In this document: in pieces, positions 11,060-23,456 of the stretch
How positions within the stretch are numbered: position 1 is the first letter of the stretch
Layout of the letters: every line of letters begins with the position of its first letter
Assembly (NCBI GenBank): GCA_963797555.1
Contig: CAWCPV010000015.1
Location: 1 to 64,000, forward strand
DNA: 64,000 nucleotides
Direction: 5' to 3'
Source of the DNA: an uncultured Gammaproteobacteria bacterium
GTDB lineage: Bacteria; Pseudomonadota; Gammaproteobacteria; CAWCPV01
Notes under the pieces: model-generated
The model's database searches: none
What the model was told of the DNA's origin: nothing
What the model saw: the letters and a program-made list of their open reading frames with translations, nothing else
Position numbers and translations under genes: made by a program

Positions 11060-11947
11060 TCACTGGGCCGCCAGCCTCCGGAGGGTGGGGTCGTCCGGGC
11101 GCTCTTTCGAAAGCCGCCTCCAATATTGGCGCGCCTCGTCCCTTAGATCCATCTGCTCGAGCAACGCCGCGAACGCCACCCTCTGAGACAGCGTCGCCCC
11201 GCTCGTCGGGCGGAGCTTTTCGACCAGTGCTGTTTCCGCGGCATCGGCGACCCGGAACTCTGCCCGGCTGGAGTACCGATGTCCGTCGGGCAACCTGCCC
11301 TCGATCTCCCACCCGTAGGTGGCCCCCGGCTGGAGCTGGACCTTCTCCGGGAGCCGGAGGGAGCTGCCGCGGGCGTCCGTCTCGAACAGGATGCGTCCCG
11401 CGGAGTCCGTGAGCTCGAAATGGTAGCTTGCCTGCATTTTCACTGGTTGCCACCGGAATACGGGCCGGACTTCCAGGGTCTTGGTATCGACTGGCGCCAC
11501 GAGCCGCAACCGGTCGGGCAGGGGAACTGCGCGCAACACCACACCGGCTTGCGCCAGCCCCAGCGGCTTGATGGCGACGTCCGTGGCTCCGGCCCCGAAC
11601 AGGGCATGCTTGGCCGGCTCCTGTCCCTCCAGGGCGACGGGCTGATCCTCGCGAATGTAAACCTGAGCCGGTCCACGAAAGGTAAATTCGTTTCCGGACT
11701 TGAAGTAGACCAGCGTGAGACGAGCATTCGGCTCCAGGTTGACGAGGACTCCCGGGGCCAGCTCTGTAAGGATCGTGAGCTGGCTGTTCCCCTGGTCCCA
11801 CTGGAGCCGAGCCTGTCCCTGCAAATCGGTCACCATGGACACGGTCGGGTTTGCCGCCGCAGAGTGGCTGCACAGCAAAAAGCAGGCGAGCACGATGCCC
11901 CCCCGATACCCCGAGACGAGATTCCCCATGCCATGACGGTTGTGCAT
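11060..11947 (-). CDS. Secreted DUF928-like protein
   Basis: Signal peptide; APVDTKTLEVRPVFRW and LQPGATYGW segments; helical C-terminus; adjacent to a CHASE2 cyclase. Confidence 0.65.
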   Translation of the reverse strand: MHNRHGMGNLVSGYRGGIVLACFLLCSHSAAANPTVSMVTDLQGQARLQWDQGNSQLTILTELAPGVLVNLEPNARLTLVYFKSGNEFTFRGPAQVYIREDQPVALEGQEPAKHALFGAGATDVAIKPLGLAQAGVVLRAVPLPDRLRLVAPVDTKTLEVRPVFRWQPVKMQASYHFELTDSAGRILFETDARGSSLRLPEKVQLQPGATYGWEIEGRLPDGHRYSSRAEFRVADAAETALVEKLRPTSGATLSQRVAFAALLEQMDLRDEARQYWRRLSKERPDDPTLRRLAAQ

Positions 11948-11967
11948 CTCAGTGCTCCTTCTGAAAA

Positions 11968-13775
11968 TTAGGGGGGCGGGCCAGCGGGCGGGTGGCCGCG
12001 GCTCGGCCAGCCGTAAACCTGTACCGGGGTGTGGCCCTTGACGGGCTGCTCACCCAGGGAGTCGAAGTGTTCGCCGGGCAAGGTCTCGATCACTGCAGCG
12101 GCGCAGATCACCGGGTAGCCAAGCGCCTTGGTGAGCCCTTCCAGGCGTGAGGCGACGTTGACGACGTCGCCGATCGCGGTGTACTCGTGCCGCGACTCGG
12201 ACCCGACGTGACCGATCACCGCATCGCCCACGCACAGACCGATGCCGATGCGGATTGGCGTGACGCCATCCGCCTCCAAGTCGTGGTTCAAGCTCTCCAG
12301 CCTCGAGAGCATCTCCCCTGCGGCGTCCAGCGCCTGACGACAGGGGTTGGCCAGCGGCTTCGGCGCTCCGAAGAACGCCATCATGCCGTCGCCGATGAAT
12401 TTGTCAACCGTTCCGGAATGGTCGTGGACCGCTGCCGTCATGTGAGCGAAGTGGCGATTGAGGAGTCCGATGACCTGCTCGGGCGGCATGGTCTCGCTGC
12501 GCGTCGTGAAGTCCCTAATGTCCGAGAACAAGACGCATACGCGCCGCCGGTGCCCACCCAGTCCGATGTCGAGCCGACCTTCCAGGATCTCGTCCATGAT
12601 CTGCGGGCTCACGTAACCGCCGAAGGCGCCGCGAAACGTCGGCGCTCCAGCATCTGGAGCGCGGCTTCACGAGTCTCCCGGCCAACCGTGGCGAAGATCG
12701 CCGCGCCTAGCATGGTGCTCACGGGCAGCCACCATCCTAGATGCAGCAGCCACGTGGAGACTGCCAGCGCCAGGACAGAGACGAGCCCGAGCGCGGCTAC
12801 TGCTCGACCGGGTGCCGTCGCCGTGAACCACAGCAAGGCGGCGAGGACCGTGCCCGTGGCGACCCATCGAGTCGGCACTGCGCGAATGAGCCCGGGTCCC
12901 ATGAGGGAACGCAAGGTCTGGCCGTGGATCAACACGCCGGGGACCGCGTACTGCCCTGGCTCCCAGCCCGCCAGGGGCGTGGGCACGCGAAGGCGATCCT
13001 CGAGAGGGAGGACCGTGCCCAGCAAGACGGGACGGCCTGCGAAGGCGTCCTTCAACGCCTGCTGGTCGCCACGCTCGACCCACTGCAGGACCTGGATCAG
13101 CGGTAGGTAGCGGAACGGCGCCCCCAGCGTGTAGTCGATGATGCCGGCCCGCGCCTCTACGTTGAGGTGTCGGGCCAGGCGGCCCACCAGTGTGGCCGTC
13201 TCGTCCCGCCCGCTGACCAAATCGGGGTCGAAGCGCCGGACCACCCCGTCGGGGTCGGGACGCACTAGGGCGAAACCGGTGGAGTCCCGACCTGCGAGGG
13301 AAACGAAGGGCGCGTAGATGGGCCGCGCCCTCCCCTCAGCGTCCACTGTGCGGCCCAATACCACGGGTACGCGGCCGCGCAGCGCCAGCAACTCCTTTAG
13401 CAGGCGGCGATCCCGGCCGGGGATCAGAAAGTCGTAGGAACGGTCCGGCAGGATCACGTCCAGACCGATGACCGAAGCCTGCCCAGCAGATGCCGCCTTG
13501 AGAAAGGCCCCGAGGTGGGCGTGCCAGAGGGCCATCGGCTCGGGCAGCCGTGATACCGTCTGGCTGTCGATGCCCACGATCACGACGTCGCGCGCCACCG
13601 GTCGTGTGGCGATTCGGCGTAGCAGAGCGAACTGCCGGTCCAGCAGGCCCAGGTCAAGATGGTCGCTGAGTCCGACTAACTGCATGGCGCCGGTCAGTGC
13701 GAGGACTGCCAGGAGACCGACGTGGCTCAGCCAGACCGGACGCAGCGCCTCGGTGCTGTCCGCGGGGGTGGGCAT
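11968..13775 (-). pseudogene. CHASE2-domain class III adenylate/guanylate cyclase, split by a 1-nt frameshift near 12635
   Basis: CHASE2 (VVIVGID, DPDGVVRR, PGVLIH) plus 3 TM in 12609-13775; cyclase (LFSDIRDFT, KFIGDG, GDVVNVASRLE) in 11968-12612; adding one base restores RR-RGAFGGYVSPQ. Confidence 0.8.
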
Positions 13776-14024
13776 GTCAGGGGTGCCGACTGTTGCGTGC
13801 TACTCGAAACGACCTCGGGCCGGTTGGCAGGCTGGCTCCGGTCGCCGGCGCAGCGCCCCACCATTGCGGGCGCCTGATTCCCCAGGCCTCAGCAGCGGGC
13901 ACGCTCCGGCCCGCCGCTGGCCTCGTTCCGGCGCTTGGAGGAGCGCTGACAACCCATCGCGGAGGTTACCCCTAGACGAGTGCCGCCAGCAAGGCAGCAC
14001 CCGCCCCCACGCTGCATGCCGGCC

Positions 14025-14053
14025 TTGACGCCACCGCTCGCCGTGCTTAGAAT
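14025..14053 (+). promoter_or_regulatory. Sigma70 promoter of the str operon
   Basis: TTGACG-17 nt-TAGAAT upstream of rpsL. Confidence 0.7.
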
Positions 14054-14117
14054 GCTCGGTCTTTGTGACAGGCAGGCGGTCAACCTGCCTGTTGTATTTT
14101 AGAGGCCGGAGCCTGAT

Positions 14118-14492
14118 ATGCCCACCACCAACCAGTTGGTCCGCAAGCCTCGCACCAGGAAAAGGGCGAAAGGCGACGTACCGGCGCTGGAGGCGTGCCC
14201 GCAGAAGCGCGGCGTGTGCACCCGCGTGTACACCACAACGCCCAAGAAGCCTAACTCTGCGCTGCGTAAGGTGGCGCGCGTCCGGCTGACGAACGGCATG
14301 GAGGTTACCTCCTACATCGGAGGCGAGGGACACAATCTACAGGAGCACTCCGTGGTGCTGATCCGGGGCGGTCGCGTCAAGGATCTGCCAGGCGTTCGCT
14401 ATCACTTGGTGCGGGGCTCTCTGGACGCCTCGGGTGTGAATAACCGCCGCAAGGGCCGCTCCAAGTATGGTGCGAAGCGTCCCAAGGCTTGA
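14118..14492 (+). CDS. rpsL: 30S ribosomal protein S12
   Basis: [20 protein letters not shown]. Confidence 0.99.
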   Translation: MPTTNQLVRKPRTRKRAKGDVPALEACPQKRGVCTRVYTTTPKKPNSALRKVARVRLTNGMEVTSYIGGEGHNLQEHSVVLIRGGRVKDLPGVRYHLVRGSLDASGVNNRRKGRSKYGAKRPKA

Positions 14493-14643
14493 CCGTTCAC
14501 GGCGATATTCGCAGTCCGGAACATGAGACGGGTTACCGCGCCGCCACCGGCCCCTTCGATCTCCGTCTCCTGCGAGAGAGGTGAGGGGGCAAAGGGCGTC
14601 TGCGGAGCATGTTCTCGGTAACCACTATAAGGTAGTAGCTGTC

Positions 14644-15114
14644 ATGCCCAGAAAAGGTTCTGTTCCAAGGCGGGCTATTCTGCCCGACCCCAAATATGGC
14701 AACGTCACCGTGGCCAAGTTCATCAACGTGCTGATGCGCGCTGGGAAAAAGCCGGTGGCCGAGAAGATCGTGTACGGCGCTATGGAACGTATTGCAGGGA
14801 AGGGCAAGGGGGAGCCGGTCGAGTTGCTCGACAAGGCGCTCTCCAACGTGCGCCCCATGGTCGAGGTGAAGTCGAGGCGGGTAGGCGGAGCCAACTATCA
14901 AGTGCCCGTGGAGGTCCGTGCTCTGCGTTCCCAGGCTCTGGCCATGCGCTGGCTGGTGGATGCCGCGCGCAAGCGCGCCGGAAAGTCCATGGGCGACCGG
15001 CTGGCGTCCGAGATTCTGGACGCTTCCGAGAGCCGGGGAGCCGCCGTCAAGAAGCGTGAGGATACGCACCGCATGGCCGAGGCGAACAAGGCGTTTTCGC
15101 ATTACCGGTGGTAA
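14644..15114 (+). CDS. rpsG: 30S ribosomal protein S7
   Basis: [10 protein letters not shown]...[11 protein letters not shown]...AFSHYRW. Confidence 0.98.
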   Translation: MPRKGSVPRRAILPDPKYGNVTVAKFINVLMRAGKKPVAEKIVYGAMERIAGKGKGEPVELLDKALSNVRPMVEVKSRRVGGANYQVPVEVRALRSQALAMRWLVDAARKRAGKSMGDRLASEILDASESRGAAVKKREDTHRMAEANKAFSHYRW

Positions 15115-15132
15115 TCCTGGGAGCGACTGACC

Positions 15133-17226
15133 GTGCCACGCAAGACGCCGATTGAGCGTTACCGGAACATCGGCATCATGGCGCACATCGATGCCGGTAA
15201 GACCACGACCACGGAGCGCATCCTGTATTACACCGGCGTGTCCCATAAGCTTGGTGAGGTGCACGAAGGCACCGCCACGATGGACTGGATGGCGCAAGAG
15301 CAGGAGCGGGGAATCACGATTACTTCCGCGGCCACGACGTGCTTCTGGAAGGGTATGGAGCAGCAGTATCCGGAGCACCGGATCAACATTATCGACACGC
15401 CGGGCCACGTAGACTTCACCATCGAGGTGGAACGTTCGTTGCGTGTCCTCGATGGGGCGTGCGCTGTGTTCTGCGCGGTGGGCGGCGTCGAGCCGCAGTC
15501 CGAGACGGTGTGGCGTCAGGCCAACAAGTACGGCGTCCCCAGACTGGCCTTCGTGAACAAGATGGACCGCGCGGGGGCCAACTTCGTCCGCGTCGTGGAT
15601 CAGATGCGCACACGTCTGGGGGCTAAACCGGTACCGCTGCAGCTCCCCATCGGCGCAGAGGATACGTTCAAGGGCATCGTGGATCTCGTCAGGATGAAGG
15701 CCATCTACTGGGATGAAGCCACCATGGGGATGCGCGTCGATGAGGCCGAGATTCCAGCCGATATGCGCTCGGATTGCGATGAGTGGCGCGAGAAGCTTGT
15801 CGAGGCGGCCGCAGAGGCATCCGAGGACCTGATGGAGAAGTATCTGGAGGGTGAGCCCCTGAGCGAGGGGGAGATCCGCAAGGCCATCCGTATCCGTACG
15901 CTGCGTAACGAGATCGTTCCGATACTGTGCGGTTCCGCCTTCAAGAATAAGGGTGTCCAGGCGATGTTGGATGCGGTGATCGAGTATCTCCCGTCGCCGG
16001 TGGACGTTCCCGCCATCAACGGCATACTGGAGGACGGGAGCGTGGCGGAGCGTCAGCCTTCCGACGATCAGCCGTTCTCCGCCCTGGCCTTCAAGATCGC
16101 CACGGACCCCTATGTCGGTACTCTGACGTACCTGCGGGTCTATTCCGGGCAGCTGAAGGGGGGTGAGCAAGTCTATAACCCGGTGAAGAGCGGGCGGGAG
16201 CGCATCGGCCGCATTCTTCAGATGCATGCCAACCACCGCGAGGAGCGTAAGGAGGTGTTCACCGGGGACATCGTCGCTGCCGTGGGGCTGAAGAACGTGA
16301 CCACTGGCGATACGCTGTGCGACATGAATCGGGTAATTACCCTGGAGCGCATGGAGTTTCCGGCGCCGGTAATCTCGGTGGCCGTGGAGCCGAAGACCAA
16401 GGCCGACCAAGAGAAGATGGGTGTTGCCCTGGGCAAATTGGCCGCCGAGGACCCGTCCTTCCGAGTGCATACCGACGAGGAATCCGGTCAGACCATTATT
16501 TCCGGTATGGGTGAGCTGCACCTCGAGATCATCGTCGACCGTATGAAGCGGGAGTTCAACGTCGAGGCCAACGTGGGCGCTCCGCAGGTGGCCTATCGCG
16601 AGACCATCCGGACCGCGGTCGAGCAGGAGGGCAAGTTCGTACGTCAGTCGGGCGGCCGCGGCCAGTACGGGCACGTGTGGCTGCGCTTGGAGCCGAAAGA
16701 GCCTGGCACCGGCTACGAGTTCGTCAACGGCATCGTGGGAGGCGTCATTCCCAGGGAATATATCCCGGCGGTCGGCAAGGGTGTGCAGGAGCAACTGGAC
16801 AACGGGGTGATCGCGGGTTTTCCGGTGGTCGACGTAAAGGTTACCCTCTATGACGGCTCCTACCATGAGGTGGATTCCAGCGAAATGGCTTTCAAGATTG
16901 CCGGCTCCTTGGCCTTCAAAGAAGGAGCACGTCGAGCCAGGCCGGCTCTGCTCGAGCCCATCATGAAGGTCGAGGTAGTGACCCCGGAGGAGTATATGGG
17001 CGACGTCATGGGTGACCTGAACCGTCGTCGTGGGCTGGTGCAGGGGATGGAGGAATCTCCGGCCGGGAAGATCATCCGTGCGGAGGTGCCGCTGGCGGAG
17101 ATGTTCGGCTACGCGACGGACTTGCGCTCCGCGACCCAGGGCCGGGCAACCTATTCCATGGAGTTCTCGAAGTACCTTGAAGCTCCCGCCAACATTGCCG
17201 AGGCGGTTATCAAGAAGGCGCACTGA
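15133..17226 (+). CDS. fusA: Elongation factor G
   Basis: [21 protein letters not shown]. Confidence 0.99.
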   Translation: MPRKTPIERYRNIGIMAHIDAGKTTTTERILYYTGVSHKLGEVHEGTATMDWMAQEQERGITITSAATTCFWKGMEQQYPEHRINIIDTPGHVDFTIEVERSLRVLDGACAVFCAVGGVEPQSETVWRQANKYGVPRLAFVNKMDRAGANFVRVVDQMRTRLGAKPVPLQLPIGAEDTFKGIVDLVRMKAIYWDEATMGMRVDEAEIPADMRSDCDEWREKLVEAAAEASEDLMEKYLEGEPLSEGEIRKAIRIRTLRNEIVPILCGSAFKNKGVQAMLDAVIEYLPSPVDVPAINGILEDGSVAERQPSDDQPFSALAFKIATDPYVGTLTYLRVYSGQLKGGEQVYNPVKSGRERIGRILQMHANHREERKEVFTGDIVAAVGLKNVTTGDTLCDMNRVITLERMEFPAPVISVAVEPKTKADQEKMGVALGKLAAEDPSFRVHTDEESGQTIISGMGELHLEIIVDRMKREFNVEANVGAPQVAYRETIRTAVEQEGKFVRQSGGRGQYGHVWLRLEPKEPGTGYEFVNGIVGGVIPREYIPAVGKGVQEQLDNGVIAGFPVVDVKVTLYDGSYHEVDSSEMAFKIAGSLAFKEGARRARPALLEPIMKVEVVTPEEYMGDVMGDLNRRRGLVQGMEESPAGKIIRAEVPLAEMFGYATDLRSATQGRATYSMEFSKYLEAPANIAEAVIKKAH

Positions 17227-17262
17227 TTCATCAGTGTCGGTCGTGGCCTCAGGAGCACATCG

Positions 17263-18453
17263 ATGGCTAAGGAGAAGTTTCAGCGCACCAAGCCGCATGT
17301 CAATGTGGGCACTATTGGGCATGTGGATCATGGCAAGACCACGTTGACGGCGGCGATCACCAAGGTGATGGCGGCGAAGTTTGGTGGGGAGTTCAAGAGC
17401 TATGATCAGATCGACTCGGCGCCCGAGGAGAAGGCGCGTGGGATTACCATTGCCACGGCGCATGTGGAGTATCAGTCGGAGAGGCGGCACTATGCGCATG
17501 TGGACTGTCCCGGGCATGCCGATTATGTGAAGAACATGATCACCGGTGCGGCGCAGATGGACGGGGCCATTTTGGTGGTCTCGGCGGCTGATGGTCCGAT
17601 GCCCCAGACGCGCGAGCATATTTTGCTGGCGCGTCAGGTGGGGGTGCCCCACATCGTGGTGTACATGAACAAGGCGGACATGGTGGATGATCCCGAGTTG
17701 TTGGAGTTGGTGGAGTTGGAGGTACGGGATCTGCTGAGCAGCTATCAGTTTCCTGGGGATGACACGCCGGTGGTGGTGGGTTCGGCGCTGAAGGCGTTGG
17801 AGGGGGATGGCTCCGAGCTTGGGGTGCCGTCCATCTACAAGTTGATGGAGGCGATGGATGCGTTCATTCCGGTGCCTGAGCGTGCGGTGGATCAGCCGTT
17901 TTTGATGCCCATTGAGGATGTGTTCTCGATCTCTGGGCGTGGGACGGTGGTGACGGGGCGGGTGGAGCGTGGCAAGGTCAAGGTGGGTGAAGAGGTCGAG
18001 ATTGTGGGGTTGAGGCCCACGCAGAAGACCACGGTGACTGGGGTGGAGATGTTTCGCAAGCTGCTCGATGAGGGGGTAGCGGGGGACAATGTGGGGGTGT
18101 TGTTGCGTGGGACCAAGCGTGATGAGGTGGAGCGTGGGCAGGTGGTGTGCCGGCCCGGTTCCATCACTCCGCACACTCAGTTTGAGTGTGAGGTGTATGT
18201 GTTGTCGAAGGAGGAGGGGGGTCGGCACACGCCGTTTTTCCATGGGTACCGGCCGCAGTTTTACTTTCGCACCACGGATGTGACCGGCTCCATTGAGTTG
18301 CCCGAGGGGGTAGAGATGGTGATGCCTGGGGACAATGTGAAGCTGAAGGTGAATCTGATTGCCCCCATTGCCATGGAGGAGGGAGTGCGCTTCGCCATCC
18401 GCGAGGGCGGACGCACCGTCGGCGCCGGCGTGGTGTCGAAGGTCATCGAGTAG
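17263..18453 (+). CDS. tuf: Elongation factor Tu
   Basis: [17 protein letters not shown]. Confidence 0.99.
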   Translation: MAKEKFQRTKPHVNVGTIGHVDHGKTTLTAAITKVMAAKFGGEFKSYDQIDSAPEEKARGITIATAHVEYQSERRHYAHVDCPGHADYVKNMITGAAQMDGAILVVSAADGPMPQTREHILLARQVGVPHIVVYMNKADMVDDPELLELVELEVRDLLSSYQFPGDDTPVVVGSALKALEGDGSELGVPSIYKLMEAMDAFIPVPERAVDQPFLMPIEDVFSISGRGTVVTGRVERGKVKVGEEVEIVGLRPTQKTTVTGVEMFRKLLDEGVAGDNVGVLLRGTKRDEVERGQVVCRPGSITPHTQFECEVYVLSKEEGGRHTPFFHGYRPQFYFRTTDVTGSIELPEGVEMVMPGDNVKLKVNLIAPIAMEEGVRFAIREGGRTVGAGVVSKVIE

Positions 18454-18458
18454 TCTCC

Positions 18459-18770
18459 ATGGCAAAACAGCGAATTCGTATACGGCTGAAGGCATTCGAT
18501 CACCGGCTGATCGACCAGTCTGCGCGGGAGATCGTCGAGACCGCGAAACGCACAGGTGCGCATGTGCACGGTCCTATTCCGCTGCCGACCAAGAAAGAGC
18601 GCTTCACTGTGCTGACCTCTCCCCACGCCGATAAAGACGCGCGCGATCAGTACGAGATCCGGACCCACAAGCGCCTCATGGACATCATCGATCCCACCGA
18701 CAAGACGGTGGATGCGTTGATGAAGCTCGATCTGGCAGCGGGCGTGGACGTGCAGATCAAGCTCTACTGA
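18459..18770 (+). CDS. rpsJ: 30S ribosomal protein S10
   Basis: [18 protein letters not shown]. Confidence 0.99.
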   Translation: MAKQRIRIRLKAFDHRLIDQSAREIVETAKRTGAHVHGPIPLPTKKERFTVLTSPHADKDARDQYEIRTHKRLMDIIDPTDKTVDALMKLDLAAGVDVQIKLY

Positions 18771-18794
18771 GCACGGACCTAAGGACTAGCAGCC

Positions 18795-19460
18795 ATGGGC
18801 ATCGGGGTCGTCGGAAGAAAGTGCGGCATGACGCGTGTGTTCGCCGAGGACGGAACGTCGGTGCCGGTGACGGTGATCGAGGTGGAGCCTAACCGCGTCA
18901 CCCAGGTGAAGACGGCGCAACGCGATGGTTATCGCGCGGTGCAGGTGACTGCGGGCACGCGCCGTGCTAGCCGGGTAACGCGGCCCCTCGCCGGGCACTT
19001 CGCCCGGGCCGGAGTCGAGGCCGGGCGCGGACTGTGGGAGTTCAGGCTGCAGCCCGACGAAGGGCAGGACTTGGTGCCGGGCAGCGAGGTCAAAGCCGAT
19101 ATCTTCTCGCCGGGTCAGAAAGTCGACGTGCGCGGGACCAGCATCGGCAAGGGCTTTGCCGGGACCATCAAGCGGCATCACTTCGCCCGCGGCGATGCGA
19201 CCCATGGCAACTCGCTCTCTCACCGGGCGCCTGGTTCCATCGGTCAGAGACAGACTCCAGGTAGGGTCTACAAGGGTAAGCGCATGGCTGGGCACCTCGG
19301 CAACGTACAGCGTTGCGCACAAAACTTAGAGGTGGTGAGAGTCGAGACGGCCCGCAACCTGTTGCTGGTCAAAGGGGCGGTCCCTGGTGCCAAGGGAGGC
19401 GACGTCGTTGTCACTGCGGCCGCCAAGGTTCGTCGAGGGAGAACCGGCCATGGAGCTTAA
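18795..19460 (+). CDS. rplC: 50S ribosomal protein L3
   Basis: [18 protein letters not shown]. Confidence 0.98.
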   Translation: MGIGVVGRKCGMTRVFAEDGTSVPVTVIEVEPNRVTQVKTAQRDGYRAVQVTAGTRRASRVTRPLAGHFARAGVEAGRGLWEFRLQPDEGQDLVPGSEVKADIFSPGQKVDVRGTSIGKGFAGTIKRHHFARGDATHGNSLSHRAPGSIGQRQTPGRVYKGKRMAGHLGNVQRCAQNLEVVRVETARNLLLVKGAVPGAKGGDVVVTAAAKVRRGRTGHGA

Positions 19461-20067
19461 ACTGCTGGCTCAGGGTGCTGCGCAGGGTGCCGGCGTGGAG
19501 GTTTCGGACCAGGTCTTCGGGCGCGACTTCAACGAGGCATTGGTGCACCAAGTGGTGACGGCCTATCTGGCGCGTGCTCGCCGGGGAACACGCGCGCAGA
19601 AGAGTCGAGCGGAAGTCACGGGTAGCGGCAAGAAGCCGTGGCGGCAAAAGGGCACCGGACGAGCGCGCGCGGGGAGCGTTACCAGCCCCTTGTGGCGAGG
19701 TGGCGGGGTCACCTTCGCCGCGCGCCCGACGAGCTACGCCCAGAAGGTGAACAAGAAGATGTACCGGGGCGCGATGCGCTCCATTCTCTCAGAGCTGGTG
19801 CGCCAGGGTCGTTTGGCCGTCGTCGAGGAGATATCGCTTCCCGACGCCAAGACGAAGAGCCTGGTCAGCTATCTTGTCGGTGTGGGGGTGAGCGAAGCGT
19901 TGCTCGTGACCGAGGTTGCCGACGACAAGGTGATGGCCGCTGCCCGAAATCTCCCGGGCGTGGAGGTGCGGCGGGCGGGCAGCCTGGATCCGGTGAGCCT
20001 CATCGCTTTCGACAAGGTCCTCATGACGCGGGGAGCAGTGAAGGCCCTCGAGGGGCGCGTGTCATGA
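19450..20067 (+). CDS. rplD: 50S ribosomal protein L4
   Basis: [12 protein letters not shown]. Confidence 0.98.
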   Translation: MELKLLAQGAAQGAGVEVSDQVFGRDFNEALVHQVVTAYLARARRGTRAQKSRAEVTGSGKKPWRQKGTGRARAGSVTSPLWRGGGVTFAARPTSYAQKVNKKMYRGAMRSILSELVRQGRLAVVEEISLPDAKTKSLVSYLVGVGVSEALLVTEVADDKVMAAARNLPGVEVRRAGSLDPVSLIAFDKVLMTRGAVKALEGRVS

Positions 20068-20360
20068 ATCAGGAACGGCTGATGGCGATCCTTTTGGGAC
20101 CGGTGGTATCCGAGAAGAGCACCTCCGTGGCCGACCGCTACCGGCAGTTCGTGTTCCGGGTGACCTCGGACGCCCGTAAGCCCGAGATCAAGAAGGCCGT
20201 GGAGCAGCTGTTCAAGGTGGCGGTTGAGAAGGTTACGGTGTGCAACGTCAAGGGCAAACGCAAACGTTTCCGGGGCAGGTTCGGGGCGCGCAGGGCGTGG
20301 CGGAAGGCGTACGTCAGCCTTAAGCCGGGCCATGACATCAATTTCACCGGCGGCGCGTAA
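20064..20360 (+). CDS. rplW: 50S ribosomal protein L23
   Basis: [19 protein letters not shown]; operon position. Confidence 0.97.
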   Translation: MNQERLMAILLGPVVSEKSTSVADRYRQFVFRVTSDARKPEIKKAVEQLFKVAVEKVTVCNVKGKRKRFRGRFGARRAWRKAYVSLKPGHDINFTGGA

Positions 20361-20372
20361 CGGAGGTCGGCG

Positions 20373-21194
20373 ATGGCGTTGGTCAAGGCAAGACCCACTT
20401 CCCCGGGGCGGCGTTTTGCGATACGCGTCGTCACCCCCGGTCTACATAAGGGCGATCCGCATACCCCCTTGGTGGTGCATGCCAACAAGAAGGGCGGGCG
20501 TAACAACCGGGGGCGGATCACGGTCCGCCACCGGGGTGGTGGCCACAAACGCCATTACCGATTGGTGGACTTCAGGCGCGACAAGGATGGTGTCCTGGGG
20601 AAGGTGGAACGCATCGAGTACGATCCCGGCCGTAGCGCTCATATCGCGCTCGTCCTCTACTCGGACGGCGAGCGGCGCTATATCATCGCCTCCAAGGGGG
20701 TCGAGGTCGGTGGAAACATCGTCTCCGGGGTGGATGCGCCGATCAGCCCCGGCAACTGCCTGCCGTTGCGCAACATCCCAGTGGGGACCCAGGTGCACTG
20801 CGTGGAGCTGAAGCCGGGCAAGGGCGCTCAGATCGCCCGCAGTGCGGGAGCCGCGGTGCAGCTCATCGCCAGGGAAGGCGCTTACGCAACCCTGAGGCTG
20901 CGCTCCGGAGAGATTCGCAAGGTGCTGGCGGACTGCAGGGCGAGCATCGGGGAGGTGGGCAATGGCGAGCACAACCTGCGCTCTCTGGGCAAAGCCGGGG
21001 CGGCGAGGTGGCGAGGCAGGCGTCCCACCGTACGCGGAGTGGCGATGAATCCGGTGGATCACCCGCACGGTGGGGGTGAGGGTAAGACCTCGGGCGGGCG
21101 GCATCCGGTGAGCCCATGGGGAGTTCCCACGAAGGGCTACAAGACTCGGCGCAATAAACGGACGAGCGCGATGATCGTGCGGCGCGGCAAATAG
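20373..21194 (+). CDS. rplB: 50S ribosomal protein L2
   Basis: [13 protein letters not shown]. Confidence 0.99.
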   Translation: MALVKARPTSPGRRFAIRVVTPGLHKGDPHTPLVVHANKKGGRNNRGRITVRHRGGGHKRHYRLVDFRRDKDGVLGKVERIEYDPGRSAHIALVLYSDGERRYIIASKGVEVGGNIVSGVDAPISPGNCLPLRNIPVGTQVHCVELKPGKGAQIARSAGAAVQLIAREGAYATLRLRSGEIRKVLADCRASIGEVGNGEHNLRSLGKAGAARWRGRRPTVRGVAMNPVDHPHGGGEGKTSGGRHPVSPWGVPTKGYKTRRNKRTSAMIVRRGK

Positions 21195-21214
21195 CAGAAA
21201 GCGAGGTTAGCGAG

Positions 21215-21487
21215 GTGCCACGTTCAGTCAAGAAGGGTCCCTTTGTCGACTTACACCTGCTCGGCAAGGTGTCGGAGGCGGTGGCGACCAACAGTCGGCG
21301 TCCCATCAGGACCTGGTCGCGGCGCTCTACCGTCACCCCCGAGATGGTGGGGTTGACGATCGCAGTTCACAACGGCCGGCAACATGTCCCGATCCTGGTT
21401 ACCGAGAACATGGTGGGTCACAAGCTGGGTGAGTTCGCCCCGACGCGCACCTTCAAGGGGCACGTGGGCAGCAAGAAGACGAAATGA
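21215..21487 (+). CDS. rpsS: 30S ribosomal protein S19
   Basis: [16 protein letters not shown]. Confidence 0.99.
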   Translation: MPRSVKKGPFVDLHLLGKVSEAVATNSRRPIRTWSRRSTVTPEMVGLTIAVHNGRQHVPILVTENMVGHKLGEFAPTRTFKGHVGSKKTK

Positions 21488-21506
21488 CGGCTATCGGGGC
21501 TCGCTT

Positions 21507-21839
21507 ATGCAAGTTGCAGCAAGACTGAAGTACGCGCGGATATCGGCTCAGAAGTGTCGCCTGGTAGCTAACCAGATACGTGGCCTGCGAGTGGACCGGG
21601 CGCTCGATGTTTTGACGTTTAGCTCAAAGAAGGCGGCCGGTCTCGTGAAGAAGGTCCTCGAGTCCGCCATCGCCAACGCCGAGCACAACGCCGCTGCTGA
21701 TATCGATGAGTTGAAGGTCGCGCGGGTGCAAGTGGACGAAGGCCCCGCCCAAAAGCGCATGCAGGCACGGGCAAAGGGCCGCGGCACGCGCGTCCTGAAG
21801 CGCACCAGCCACATCACTGTGGCTGTTTCGGACGATTGA
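21507..21839 (+). CDS. rplV: 50S ribosomal protein L22
   Basis: [15 protein letters not shown]. Confidence 0.98.
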   Translation: MQVAARLKYARISAQKCRLVANQIRGLRVDRALDVLTFSSKKAAGLVKKVLESAIANAEHNAAADIDELKVARVQVDEGPAQKRMQARAKGRGTRVLKRTSHITVAVSDD

Positions 21840-21848
21840 GGGGGCTGC

Positions 21849-22514
21849 ATGGGACACAAGGTACATCCGATCGGCATACGCCTGGGGATCGTGAAGGACT
21901 GGTCCTCCAAGTGGTTCACCAGCTCTCGCCAATTTCCGGAATACCTGCACACGGACATGAAGGTTAGGGACTTCATCAAGCGTAAGCTTGCACACGCCTC
22001 GGTGAGCCGCATCGAGATCGAGAGGCTGGCGGGAAAGGCGAATATCACCGTCCACACGGCCCGTCCCGGGATCGTCATCGGTAAGAAGGGCGAGGACATC
22101 GAAGCGCTGCGCAGGGAGATTTCGGCCATGATGGGTATCGCTACCCATATTCGTATCGAGGAGATACGCAAGCCGGAGATCGATGCGCAGCTGGTGGCGG
22201 AGAGCGTGGCTCAGCAGCTGGAGCGGCGCATCATGTTCAGACGCGCGATGAAGAGGGCGGTGACCAATGCCATGCGACTCGGGGCGCAGGGCATCAAGAT
22301 CAATGTCTCGGGACGCTTGGGCGGCGCAGAGATCGCCCGCAGCGAATGGTACCGGGAAGGACGAGTGCCGCTGCACACCCTGCGGGCGGATATTGACTAC
22401 GGATTCGCCGAGGCGCGCACCACTTACGGGGTGATTGGCGTCAAGGTGTGGGTATTCAAGGGCGAGGTATTCGATCAGGCAGAGCGCACGGAACAGGTGG
22501 CGCAGCCGGCATAG
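21849..22514 (+). CDS. rpsC: 30S ribosomal protein S3
   Basis: [24 protein letters not shown]. Confidence 0.99.
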   Translation: MGHKVHPIGIRLGIVKDWSSKWFTSSRQFPEYLHTDMKVRDFIKRKLAHASVSRIEIERLAGKANITVHTARPGIVIGKKGEDIEALRREISAMMGIATHIRIEEIRKPEIDAQLVAESVAQQLERRIMFRRAMKRAVTNAMRLGAQGIKINVSGRLGGAEIARSEWYREGRVPLHTLRADIDYGFAEARTTYGVIGVKVWVFKGEVFDQAERTEQVAQPA

Positions 22515-22564
22515 TCCGGTCGCGGGAGCGAGCCGGCGGCAGGGAAACACGAGGCGCTTGAACG

Positions 22565-22978
22565 ATGCTACAGCCAAAGAGGACCAAGTTCCGGAAACAG
22601 AGAAAGGGGCGCAATCGCGGCCTAGCCGCCGCCGGAACTCGGGTGAGCTTCGGGGAGTTCGGGTTGAAGGCGATCACCCGAGGCCGGGTGACGGCGCGCC
22701 AGATCGAAGCCGCGCGCCGAGCGATCGTGCGCCATGTCAAGCGTGGTGGGAAACTGTGGATCCGAATCTTCCCGGATAAGCCTATCAGCAAGAAGCCGCT
22801 GGAAGTGCGCATGGGCGGTGGCAAGGGCAACGTGGAGTATTGGGTGGCGCAGATCCAGCCGGGGCGCGTGCTGTATGAGATGGAGGGCGTCTCGGAGGAC
22901 GTAGCCCGCGTGGCCCTGAGGCTCGCCGCGGCCAAGCTCCCGGTGCAGACGACGTTCGTGACGAGGACGGTGTTGTGA
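22565..22978 (+). CDS. rplP: 50S ribosomal protein L16
   Basis: [19 protein letters not shown]. Confidence 0.99.
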   Translation: MLQPKRTKFRKQRKGRNRGLAAAGTRVSFGEFGLKAITRGRVTARQIEAARRAIVRHVKRGGKLWIRIFPDKPISKKPLEVRMGGGKGNVEYWVAQIQPGRVLYEMEGVSEDVARVALRLAAAKLPVQTTFVTRTVL

Positions 22979-23166
22979 CGAAAGGTGAGGAACTGCGACG
23001 GCGAACGATCGAGGAGTTGCGAGCCGAGCTGCAAGCGTTGCTGCGTGAGCAGTTCAACCTGCGTATGCAGAAGGCCACGGGGCAGATTGGGCCGACCCAT
23101 CAACTGCGCGAGGTGCGCCGAAGGATTGCGCGGCATAGGACAGTGCTGAGGGAGAAGGCAGGATAG
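22975..23166 (+). CDS. rpmC: 50S ribosomal protein L29
   Basis: [17 protein letters not shown]. Confidence 0.97.
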   Translation: MTKGEELRRRTIEELRAELQALLREQFNLRMQKATGQIGPTHQLREVRRRIARHRTVLREKAG

Positions 23167-23171
23167 CGGCC

Positions 23172-23432
23172 ATGAGCGAGCAAACGAAGGCACTGCGCTC
23201 CGTGGTGGGGCGGGTTGTCAGCGGCAAGATGGACAAGACCATCACGGTGCTCATTGAGCGCCGCTTACCCCACCCGCTGTATCAGAAGTATGTGCGCCGG
23301 TCGACCAAGCTGCATGTCCATGACGAGGCGAATGCCTGTCAGGAAGGGGATCTCGTGAGGGTCGCGCCCTGTCGGCCGCTCTCGAAGACCAAGAGCTGGC
23401 GCCTCGTGGAGATATTGGAGAAGGCGCGCTGA
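23172..23432 (+). CDS. rpsQ: 30S ribosomal protein S17
   Basis: [15 protein letters not shown]. Confidence 0.98.
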   Translation: MSEQTKALRSVVGRVVSGKMDKTITVLIERRLPHPLYQKYVRRSTKLHVHDEANACQEGDLVRVAPCRPLSKTKSWRLVEILEKAR

Positions 23433-23456
23433 GACAGTGGGTTCGGGAGACTGACC

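Noticed and set aside
14533-18495. 1320-aa minus-strand ORF
   Set aside because: Antisense shadow of rpsG-fusA-tuf, a common artefact of codon bias.
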